A DNA stretch of 63,986 nucleotides, counting the filler, from an uncultured bacterium (GTDB lineage Bacteria; DAOPZR01), in assembly GCA_964637655.1 (NCBI GenBank). It is 5 parts of 5 records of this genome, joined end to end, with 100 filler letters (N's around TTAATTAATTAA, not from the genome) between each part and the next. Parts side by side here need not be neighbours in the genome. Positions count along the whole stretch, not along the records: positions 53,513 to 63,986 come from CAZWUZ010000125.1; 4 more parts are not named here. One strand, 5' to 3'. The notes under the pieces were generated by a model. It saw only the letters and a list, made by a program, of their open reading frames with translations, had not been told where the DNA came from and did no database searches. Numbering within the stretch: the first letter of the stretch is position 1; each line of letters starts with the position of its first letter. Below, in pieces: positions 56,655 to 63,986 of this stretch. Position numbers and translations under genes: made by a program.

Positions 56655-56870
56655 GCGTTTTACCCCCGGGGCGACCGGAAACGGTGCGACGCGGGCCGCG
56701 GTGCATCCCCCTTGCCGCGGCCTGTGGCCGCGTCGCAGAGGGCGGCAATCTCGATGTCCATGCTTTTTACCCCCGGGGCGACCGGAAACGGTGCGACGCG
56801 GGCCGCGGTGCATCCCCCTTGCCGCGGCCTGTGGCCGCGTCGCAGAGGGCGGCAATCTCGATGTCCATGC
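56617..56870 (-). repeat. 107-bp tandem repeat (about 2.4 copies) holding three copies of the gene's first 13 codons
   Basis: 40-nt block at 56617, 56724 and 56831, separated by two near-identical 67-nt hairpin spacers. Confidence 0.93.
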
Positions 56871-58283
56871 TCAGGACGGCCGGGGCAGGGCGGCAGCGCC
56901 CGCCTGCGGGCTGACGAGATTGCGCGGTCCGGCAACGCAGCCGCCCTCGCAGGCCATAACCTCGAGGAAGTTGCCCGGGCATTTCGCGGCATAGGCCTTG
57001 AGCAGTTTCAGGTTTTTGCGCGACAGGCCGTTGACGGCGACCGGGACAACGGTCACGTCCGGCGGGAGCGCCGCCTTGACTGCGGCGGTGACCCCGTTGA
57101 CCGCGGCATAGCCGCGCGCGTGGTCGCTGGCGGTGCCGCCCGCCGGCGTCGCCGGTTGCAGCTCGACGGCGATATCGCTGGCGACGAACACCGCGTCAAG
57201 TTCTTCGAAGGTGAGCACGAAATCGATTTCCGGGTGCTGCAGCGCCTCGTCCCGCTTGGCGGTGCACGGCCCGATGAAGACGGTGATGGCGTCCGGCTGC
57301 CGGTCGCGCACGGCGCGCGCGGTCAGCCGCATGGGCGAGGGGGTGTGCGACACGAACGGCAGCAGTGCCGGCACATGTTTCTCCACCGCGGCGACGTAGG
57401 CGGGACAGCAGGAGGTGGTCATCAGTTTCGCCCCGCCGTGCAGGCGCTCGAGGAACTCCGCGGTCTCCTCGCGGGTGGTGGCGTCAGCCCCCTCCGCGAC
57501 CTCGATCACCGCGGCGAAGCCGAGCGCGCGCAGGGCACCGGCGAGACGGTCATAGCCGCCGGCAAACTGGCCGTAGACCGCGGGCGCAGGCAGGGCGATG
57601 ACCGGGCGGCTGCCACGCAGGGCGCGCAGGACATCGAGCAACTGCGATTTCTCGGCGATGGCGCCGAACGGGCAGGCGACCGCGCACTTGCCGCAGACGA
57701 TGCAGGCGTCATGGTCGATGACCGCGGTCCCGTCATCGCGCTTGCTGATGGCCTCGACGGGACAGGCCTCCTCGCACGGGATGGGAATGCGCACGATGGC
57801 GTGGTAGGGGCAGACCTGCTGGCATTTTCCGCAGCTGACGCAGCGCTCGGTGTCGATGAGGGCGCGGCGCCCGGCCATACTGATGGCGGTCCTGGGGCAG
57901 GTGGAGAGGCAGGGACGGGCGATGCAGCCGCGGCAGGTGCTGGTCACCTCGAAGCGGCTGCGCACGCAGGCGCTGCAGGCGGCGGCGATGACGGTCAGGG
58001 TGGGACCGGCAACGGTCGTACGCTGCAGTGCGTCCGTGGCGGCTTCGTCGAGGGGGCGGTCGTCGTCGCCCGCCTCGGTGCCGTGGCCGAGCGCGGCCAG
58101 CACGCGGCCGTGGATGAGGGCGCGGTCATGCCAGGTGCAGCAGGAGAGCGGCTGCGCCTGCTGCGGGCGCATTTCACGCGGGATGCGCGGTGCGGTCTGC
58201 GCCAGCGTGCCGTCAAAGAAGGCGCGGGCAACGCGGATGAGCACGCCCTGGCGGATGAGCGTGGCATGATTTTCGTTGAACAT
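56871..58283 (-). CDS. Monomeric [FeFe] hydrogenase, group B-like
   Basis: H-cluster motifs TSCCP, GPCTAKRDE, EVMACEGGCVAG; several 4Fe-4S ferredoxin motifs. Confidence 0.9.
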   Translation of the reverse strand: MFNENHATLIRQGVLIRVARAFFDGTLAQTAPRIPREMRPQQAQPLSCCTWHDRALIHGRVLAALGHGTEAGDDDRPLDEAATDALQRTTVAGPTLTVIAAACSACVRSRFEVTSTCRGCIARPCLSTCPRTAISMAGRRALIDTERCVSCGKCQQVCPYHAIVRIPIPCEEACPVEAISKRDDGTAVIDHDACIVCGKCAVACPFGAIAEKSQLLDVLRALRGSRPVIALPAPAVYGQFAGGYDRLAGALRALGFAAVIEVAEGADATTREETAEFLERLHGGAKLMTTSCCPAYVAAVEKHVPALLPFVSHTPSPMRLTARAVRDRQPDAITVFIGPCTAKRDEALQHPEIDFVLTFEELDAVFVASDIAVELQPATPAGGTASDHARGYAAVNGVTAAVKAALPPDVTVVPVAVNGLSRKNLKLLKAYAAKCPGNFLEVMACEGGCVAGPRNLVSPQAGAAALPRPS

Positions 58284-58284
58284 G

Positions 58285-59262
58285 CTACAGCCCCATCGCC
58301 TTGTTGACCTCGGCCATCGTCCGCTCGGAGCGCGCGCGGCAGCGGCGCCCCCCCTCGCGGAGAATGTCGCTGACCTGCTGCGGATTGGCACGCAGCTGCG
58401 CGGCTTGCGTGCGGATGGGGTCGAGCGCGGCGATGAGCCGGTCGCCGAACTCGCGCTTGCAGTCGACGCAGCCGAGCGCACCGGCACGGCAGTCCTGCGC
58501 GATCTCCGCGCAGCGTTCCGGGGTTGAGAACTGCCCGTGCAGGGTGAAGATGTTGCAGACCTCGGGATGGCCCGGGTCGCTGCGCCGCAGGCGTGCCGGA
58601 TCGGTGAACGCACCCGCCAGTTTTTTGCGGATGCTCTCCGGCTCCTCGGTCAGCCCGATGGTGTTGCCGAGCGATTTGGACATCTTCGCCTTGCCGTCGA
58701 GCCCGCGGATGCGCGGGGCGGAGGAGAGCAGCGGCTTCGGCTCGGGGAAGACCGGGCCGAAGCGGTGGTTGAACTTGCGTACGATCTCGCGTGTCAGTTC
58801 GAGGTGCTGTACCTGATCGTCGCCCACCGGCACAACTTCCCCCTTGTAGAGCATGATGTCGGCGGCCATGAGCACGGGATAGGTGAGCAGCCCTGCGTTG
58901 AGGTTGTCACGGTGCTGTTCCGCCTTGTCCTTGAATTGCGTCATGCGTTCGAGATCACCGATGGGGGTGACGGTGGTGAGCCGCCACATCAGTTCGCTGT
59001 GCCCGGCGATGTACGACTGCTTGAACAGCGTGCACTTGTCCGGGTCGAGCCCGCAGGCGAGCAGCGTGATGGCCGTGTCGCTGACCCGCTGCGGCATTTC
59101 CCGCGGGTCGTACTCGATCGTCTGCGCGTGCAGGTCGACCACGCAGAAGACGGAGTCGTAGTCGGCCTGAATCTGCACCCAGTTGCGAATCGCCCCGAGC
59201 CAGTTGCCGATATGCAGTTCGCCGGTCGGCTGGATGCCGCTGAACAGCACTTTTTTTGCCAT
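58285..59262 (-). CDS. trpS: Tryptophan--tRNA ligase
   Basis: SGIQPTG.LHIGN, YPVLMAADI, VPVGDDQ.QH, KMSKS. Confidence 0.97.
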   Translation of the reverse strand: MAKKVLFSGIQPTGELHIGNWLGAIRNWVQIQADYDSVFCVVDLHAQTIEYDPREMPQRVSDTAITLLACGLDPDKCTLFKQSYIAGHSELMWRLTTVTPIGDLERMTQFKDKAEQHRDNLNAGLLTYPVLMAADIMLYKGEVVPVGDDQVQHLELTREIVRKFNHRFGPVFPEPKPLLSSAPRIRGLDGKAKMSKSLGNTIGLTEEPESIRKKLAGAFTDPARLRRSDPGHPEVCNIFTLHGQFSTPERCAEIAQDCRAGALGCVDCKREFGDRLIAALDPIRTQAAQLRANPQQVSDILREGGRRCRARSERTMAEVNKAMGL

Positions 59263-59295
59263 GGTTCTCACCTGTTTGTCCGTAAGCTGCCGCGC

Positions 59296-59324
59296 AGTAT
59301 ACAACGCCGGCGCGTGACGGTCAA
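59296..59324 (-). promoter_or_regulatory. sigma70 promoter for trpS
   Basis: TTGACC-17-TATACT. Confidence 0.6.
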
Positions 59325-60397
59325 AGGCGGGGGAGCAGGCGGCGGTAGAGAGCGCTGACGGCGTCGCGGTGGCAGGCGGGGGAGAAGCGTTCGCGGAAGG
59401 TCGCGGCCAGCGGCGCGACAGCCGCGCGCAGCGGCGCGATATCGCGCAGGTGGCGGGCGATGACCCCCGCGAGCAGGGTGGTGTCACGCTCCGCCAGGTG
59501 ACAGACACCGGGCAGGCCGAGCCCGGCCAGTCCGCCCACGGGGAAAAAGAGCGACGGACAGCCGGCGAGTACCGCTTCGACGACGGTGCGGCCGAATCCC
59601 TCGCTCTCACTGGCACTGAGGCAGAGCGTGGCGGCGGCGTAGAGCGGGGCAAGGTCGGGCAGGTGCCCGGTGAAGCGCAGCATGGTCAGCCCGCGGCGCT
59701 GCGCTTCCACTTCCAGCACGGTGCGCAGCGGCCCGTCGCCGGCGAGCAGCCAGACCGCGGGCTGCAGGAGCTGCAGCGCCTCGGCGGTATCGAGGACGAG
59801 ATCGAGTCCCTTGCCGCGGTCGAGACGGCCGGGGACGGCGATGAGCGGGGTGCCGTCAGGCACCTGCCACCGCGCGCGGAAGGCGGCGGTTTCCGCGGTG
59901 GCGACGGCACGCGGCGGCACCACGGCGTTGTCGATTACCGTGACCCGGTCCTGCCAGCGGGCCGGAACGCAGGTGGCAACAGCGTCGGAGATGGCAACGA
60001 TGGCATCAGCGCGCGCGGCGGCGAACTTCTCCTTGAGGCCCCAGTCGCCGATGGTGCGCAGGTGCCAGATAACCCGCCGGTTGCCGGTCCGCGCGAGGGC
60101 AGCGTAGCCCGCCGCGCGCGGCGTCTGCGCATGGATCAGCGCGATGTCGTGCCGGCGGCAGAAATGCCGCAGCGCGGCTACGGCGCCGAGCGGCCCGGCG
60201 CCCGGATCGAGTGCCGGGAGCGGCATGAAGGCCACCGGGATGTTCAGCGCGCGCAGGGACGCGGCGAACGGCCCGTCCTCACCCAGCACGGCATGAAAAC
60301 ATACTCCGGGTGGCGGGGCGGCAAGAAACTGCAGGGTGCTGATTTCCCCCCCCCCGAGTGTGGCGCGGTGGTTGAGCAGCAGGACGGTGGTTTTCAT
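59321..60397 (-). CDS. Glycosyltransferase family 4
   Basis: GGGE, GRLDRGKG, GDGPLR, SESEGFGRTVVEA. Confidence 0.9.
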   Translation of the reverse strand: MKTTVLLLNHRATLGGGEISTLQFLAAPPPGVCFHAVLGEDGPFAASLRALNIPVAFMPLPALDPGAGPLGAVAALRHFCRRHDIALIHAQTPRAAGYAALARTGNRRVIWHLRTIGDWGLKEKFAAARADAIVAISDAVATCVPARWQDRVTVIDNAVVPPRAVATAETAAFRARWQVPDGTPLIAVPGRLDRGKGLDLVLDTAEALQLLQPAVWLLAGDGPLRTVLEVEAQRRGLTMLRFTGHLPDLAPLYAAATLCLSASESEGFGRTVVEAVLAGCPSLFFPVGGLAGLGLPGVCHLAERDTTLLAGVIARHLRDIAPLRAAVAPLAATFRERFSPACHRDAVSALYRRLLPRL

Positions 60398-61515
60398 ACC
60401 AGCGTTTCGAGGATGCCGGTCAGTTTGCGGGCGAGGTGGTCCCAGCCGAATTCGCGCAGGCAGCGTTCACGTCCGGCCATACCCATGCGGCGCGCCAATG
60501 CGGGATCAGCGAGCAGGCAGGCGATGGCGTCGGCCAGCGCCGCGCTGTCGCCGGGGGGCACGAGAAATCCCGTCTCGTGGTCGGCAATGGCATCGGCGGC
60601 ACCGGTGCCCAGTCCGCCGATGGCCGGGCGCCCGGCCGCGGCGGCCTCGAGAAAGGCGATGCCGAATCCCTCGACTGCGCCGCTGTCAGCCGCGGCGCTT
60701 GGCATGACGAAACAGTCGGCGGCGGCATAGGCGGCGGGTAGTTCGCTTTCGGGGAGTTCACCGGTGAAGCGCACCTGTGCGTCGATCCCGAGCTGTGCCG
60801 CCTGCGCGGCCAGCGCCGCGCGTTCCGGCCCGTCACCGACCACGGCATAGGCGGTGGTCAGGCCGCGCCGCCGCAGCTGCGCCAGCGCCTGCAGCACGCC
60901 GGCATGCCCCTTGTGTGCCACGAGCCGCGCGACGGTGAGCAGCAGGAAACCGTCCGGCAGGCCGTGGCGGCGGCGGAACGCGCCGCCGTCGGCGTCCGGG
61001 GCGAACTGCAGCGTATCGACCCCGTTGGGGATGATGCGGATATGATCGGGGGTCAGCCCGCTCTGGACCAGCAGGTCCTTGGTATAGCGGCTGACCGCCA
61101 GCACGACCGCGGCGCGGCGCAGCGTGCGCAGCTGCTGCGCCGCGGTGCGCGGTGAACGCAGCGGCTCGCGCACATCCATGCCGTGCGCGACGATGGCGAG
61201 CGGCACGCGGCGCCAGCGGGCGGCGGCGAGCGCGGCCCGGCCGCAGGGTGACCAGGTGTTGGCGATGATGGCGTCGGGACGGAAGGCGAGTGCCTGCCCC
61301 AGCATGACGGCGCGCAGGCGCCAGGTGGCGACATGCCAGTTGCGGTCGAGCCGGTAGGTGACCAGTTCGCACCCCGGGGCCGGGTGTGAACCGTGCGGGG
61401 CGAGCACGCGCACGCGGTGCCCGAGTCGCGCGAGAGCCGCGGCCATGCCCGCCGCGGTGCGTTCCATCCCGCCCGCCGCGGGGGGGAAGTCGCGGGTGAC
61501 GCAGAGCAGGTTCAC
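60394..61515 (-). CDS. Glycosyltransferase family 4
   Basis: DFPPAAGG, VARLVAHKG, EGFGIAFLEA. Confidence 0.92.
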   Translation of the reverse strand: MNLLCVTRDFPPAAGGMERTAAGMAAALARLGHRVRVLAPHGSHPAPGCELVTYRLDRNWHVATWRLRAVMLGQALAFRPDAIIANTWSPCGRAALAAARWRRVPLAIVAHGMDVREPLRSPRTAAQQLRTLRRAAVVLAVSRYTKDLLVQSGLTPDHIRIIPNGVDTLQFAPDADGGAFRRRHGLPDGFLLLTVARLVAHKGHAGVLQALAQLRRRGLTTAYAVVGDGPERAALAAQAAQLGIDAQVRFTGELPESELPAAYAAADCFVMPSAAADSGAVEGFGIAFLEAAAAGRPAIGGLGTGAADAIADHETGFLVPPGDSAALADAIACLLADPALARRMGMAGRERCLREFGWDHLARKLTGILETLV

Positions 61516-62252
61516 GCGAGGTCGGCGAGCGCGAGGTAATCGTTGCGGTCGAGTTCGAGGAAGACCTCGGCCGCGCCGCCGCGCCGCGGCAGCCAGAGCG
61601 CGCGGTAGCGCGCCAGCCCCTGCGTCGCCGCGCAGTAATCCTTGTCGACGAGCTGCGAGGTGCAGAGGTGCAGCAGCGCCAGTTTCTCCGCCTCGACCGC
61701 GCCGATATCGACGATGACGCTCGGGATGAGCGGGGTCCAGACCTCGTAGAGCAGCAGGCGGGTCTGGCGCGGCAACCCGGCGAGGAGCGGAGCGAGCAGG
61801 CGCGGCAGCGCCAGGTGGCCCGGATGATTGTCATGCGGGTGCGGCAGGTAGATCTCGTCCCAGTCGCCGGCGAGCAATTCCGCCGGCAGCGCGGCGGTGT
61901 CCGGGAGGCGGTCGGTGTCAGGGAGATTGGCGAAGCGCAGGTCATGCCAGCGGGCGCGACTGCGGATGGTTTCCGCTTCGTCCCGCCGCCGCTGCTCGGC
62001 ACTGAAGGCGTAGGCGATGCTGACGCGCGCCCCCGCGTCGCGCAGGCGCAGCAGTGTGCCCCCCGCGCCGATCAGTTCGTCATCGATGTGCGGCGCGACC
62101 GCCAGCACGCGCTTTGCGTGGAATTCGGTGCGTTCGCGCGGGCGCGGGGCGTAGCCGCCGGTGAGGAAGCGCAGCCACGCCGCCTGCGCGCGGGCGCGCC
62201 GCGTGGCGGAGAGCAGTTGTGCCGGCAGCATCTTCTTCAGCGTCCGTCTCAT
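61512..62252 (-). CDS. PIG-L/LmbE family deacetylase
   Basis: VAPHIDDE.IG.GG, HPHDNHPGH, YEVW. Confidence 0.88.
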   Translation of the reverse strand: MRRTLKKMLPAQLLSATRRARAQAAWLRFLTGGYAPRPRERTEFHAKRVLAVAPHIDDELIGAGGTLLRLRDAGARVSIAYAFSAEQRRRDEAETIRSRARWHDLRFANLPDTDRLPDTAALPAELLAGDWDEIYLPHPHDNHPGHLALPRLLAPLLAGLPRQTRLLLYEVWTPLIPSVIVDIGAVEAEKLALLHLCTSQLVDKDYCAATQGLARYRALWLPRRGGAAEVFLELDRNDYLALADLA

Positions 62253-62893
62253 GCCCGTTGCCTCCAGTGCAGCAGCCGGTCGCCGCGGATCGACTCGACG
62301 ATGGTGACGTTTTCCGTCCAGCCGTCCGTGAGGCGGCGCAGGTCGGCCGCGGTGTAGTAGTAGACGGGGCAGCGGCGGGTCAGCAGCCAGAGGCGGCGGA
62401 GGACCCCCGGCCAGGTGCCGGCGCGCGGGAAACTGGCAATGCCCTCCCGCGCGGTGAGCGCGCGCAGGCGCGCGAGCAGCGGCGCGGCGTCGGCCACGTA
62501 GTCGAACACGCCGATGGCGAGCACCAGGTCGGCGGGCGCAAGGTCGAGGGTCATGACGTCTCCGGTGTGGAAGGTGCACTGCTCCGCCACCCCGGCGACC
62601 TGTGCCCGCTGCGTGGCGAGGCCGGTCATGGCCGGGGCGAAGTCGATGCCGGTGGCGCGCAGCCCCGCCTGTGCCAGCGCCACGCAGTACTTGCCGCCGC
62701 CACAACCGATATCGAGCAGCGTGGCCAGCGGCGGCTGTGCCGTGCGCGCCGCCTCCAGCACGTACGCGAACCGCTGTTGCATGCCGCGGCGGAAGACCCG
62801 GTCGACCAGCGTGCCGCGGCCGCGACCGCGCTCGTGGATGGCGTCGAATTCGCCGGCGGTGCGGTCGAAGTAGTCGCGTACGGGGGTGTTCAC
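62249..62893 (-). CDS. Class I SAM-dependent methyltransferase
   Basis: LLDIGCGGG, GIDFAPAM, AIGVFDY. Confidence 0.9.
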   Translation of the reverse strand: MNTPVRDYFDRTAGEFDAIHERGRGRGTLVDRVFRRGMQQRFAYVLEAARTAQPPLATLLDIGCGGGKYCVALAQAGLRATGIDFAPAMTGLATQRAQVAGVAEQCTFHTGDVMTLDLAPADLVLAIGVFDYVADAAPLLARLRALTAREGIASFPRAGTWPGVLRRLWLLTRRCPVYYYTAADLRRLTDGWTENVTIVESIRGDRLLHWRQRA

Positions 62894-63708
62894 GGCAGGG
62901 CCTCCGCGATGCTGCCGAACGGAAACTCGGCGAGCAGGGCTTCCAGCTTGGGCTGCATGGCATCAAGTTTATAATAGTAGGTGGCGGCCTGCCACCAGGG
63001 CATCGGCAGGCGCGGCTGCTCCGGGTCGAGTTCGCGCGGGTGCAGGTAGACGATGGCGGGCTGTCCCGCGCGGTTGCAGGCCTGCACGCCGCGGCGGACC
63101 AGTGCCAGCGGCAGCGCGCGCAGGTAGAACCCGCCGGAGAACGGGACATTGATCCCGGCGCAGCGCAGGGTGGAGACGGGAAACTCGCGCAGTCCGTGCC
63201 AGTCGTGCGGGAAGCGCGGACGACGGGCGGCACCCCCGAGGTAATTCAGGGCGGGGAGCACCGACGCATCGTAGCGCATGCCGTGCGCCCGCAGCACCCC
63301 GAGCGCCCAGACGGTGGTGTCGTGCATGGTGAAATAGGGGGCGCGGTAGCCGAGCGACCGGTGCGGATGTCCGAGCGCGGCACTGATGGCCTCGTCGGTG
63401 CGCTGCAACTCCTCGCGCAGTGTTGCCGGGGAGAGCAGCCAGAGGCGGCGGTGCGACCAGCCGTGACTGGCGCATTCATGCCCGGCGTCCGCCACCGCGC
63501 GTACCAGCGCGGGGTGCAGCGCCGCCAGGTGTCCGAGCCAGAAGAAGGTGGCGCGCACGCGGTGCCGCGCAAGCAGTTCGAGCAGCTGCGTGACCGTCCG
63601 GTCGGCGCTGCCCGTCGCGGCGTGGCGGTGCCAGTTGGCGGAATTGTCAAATTGTGTGCCGTGGTACCAGTCCTCAACATCGACGGTGAAGAGGTTGGTT
63701 ATGGTCAC
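62890..63708 (-). CDS. Polysaccharide deacetylase (DUF3473-type)
   Basis: FTVDVEDW, ATFF.LG, ASHGWSH, GYRAP, GGFYLR, YLHPRELDP; GTGA overlap. Confidence 0.9.
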   Translation of the reverse strand: MTITNLFTVDVEDWYHGTQFDNSANWHRHAATGSADRTVTQLLELLARHRVRATFFWLGHLAALHPALVRAVADAGHECASHGWSHRRLWLLSPATLREELQRTDEAISAALGHPHRSLGYRAPYFTMHDTTVWALGVLRAHGMRYDASVLPALNYLGGAARRPRFPHDWHGLREFPVSTLRCAGINVPFSGGFYLRALPLALVRRGVQACNRAGQPAIVYLHPRELDPEQPRLPMPWWQAATYYYKLDAMQPKLEALLAEFPFGSIAEALP

Positions 63709-63986
63709 GGCTGCACCGCGAAGAGCCCGAGATGGATGCGCGTGCGCGGGATGCACCAGTCCTGCAGCCGCTGCAGCCGCCCGCGCAGCGGCGCCAGTTC
63801 ACCCTGCAGTCCCAGCGGTTCCGTGCCGGGGCCCGCGGTTTCCAGCAGCAGGTAGCCGATGCGGTGTGCGGCGATTTTGTCCGGGGTCAGGCGGTAGGTG
63901 GTGTAGACCCGCACCGCGTTGTGCAGACAGGCGGATGGCGCGTACCAGCCCGCGACCGTGGCGCCGGCCGGTATCTGCCCTGCCAG
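63705..63986 (-). CDS. Hypothetical protein, C-terminal fragment
   Basis: Frame extends toward the window edge; its stop overlaps the next start (GTGA). Confidence 0.5.
   Translation of the reverse strand: MAGQIPAGATVAGWYAPSACLHNAVRVYTTYRLTPDKIAAHRIGYLLLETAGPGTEPLGLQGELAPLRGRLQRLQDWCIPRTRIHLGLFAVQP

Noticed and set aside
56617-56870. Repeat-spacer-repeat pattern resembling a mini CRISPR array
   Set aside because: The spacers are near-identical, the repeat is the coding start of the adjacent gene, and no cas genes are present.
61512-63233. 573-aa ORF as one fusion protein
   Set aside because: The upstream part overlaps the methyltransferase and deacetylase genes in other frames; the PIG-L gene starts at 62252 with an ATGA overlap.

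Overview
This is not one locus. Five GC-rich bacterial contigs are joined by 100-nt N/TTAATTAATTAA linkers (1-13416, 13517-26890, 26991-40207, 40308-53412, 53513-63986), so adjacency holds only within a contig. Contig 1 is a surface-polysaccharide modification cluster: Cj1418/Cj1417-like phosphoramidate genes, radical SAM, GNAT, formyl- and methyltransferases, GT4s and an acyl-AMP ligase/ACP pair. Contig 2 is housekeeping: deoB, bactofilin, tmk-yaaR-holB-ricT-metG, a peptide-binding protein and gltX. Contig 3 has gdhA plus a PEP-synthase-like protein, ridA, a phospholipase D, an MlaF-like ATPase, a pfkB-family kinase, mutM and an HD-GYP gene. It also carries the best novelty candidate: two tandem NHLP-leader RiPP precursors with 18-aa cores (TGC-x6-GL-x3-GP[VI]S) and a radical SAM/SPASM maturase whose C-terminus holds a leader-like module. 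Contig 4 has a cobalamin-riboswitch-led cobT-cobS-tspO-cobU run, truA, GT-C membrane glycosyltransferases and pbpC. Contig 5 has a probable secA end, add, a group B [FeFe] hydrogenase, trpS and glycosyltransferases/deacetylases. Two unrelated genes (cobU and a DUF6941-like gene) share an odd architecture: their first 13 codons are duplicated around a hairpin-forming insert, producing 33-aa coupled mini-ORFs. No rRNA, tRNA, CRISPR array or transposase was recognised. All calls come from reading motifs by eye; no searches were run.
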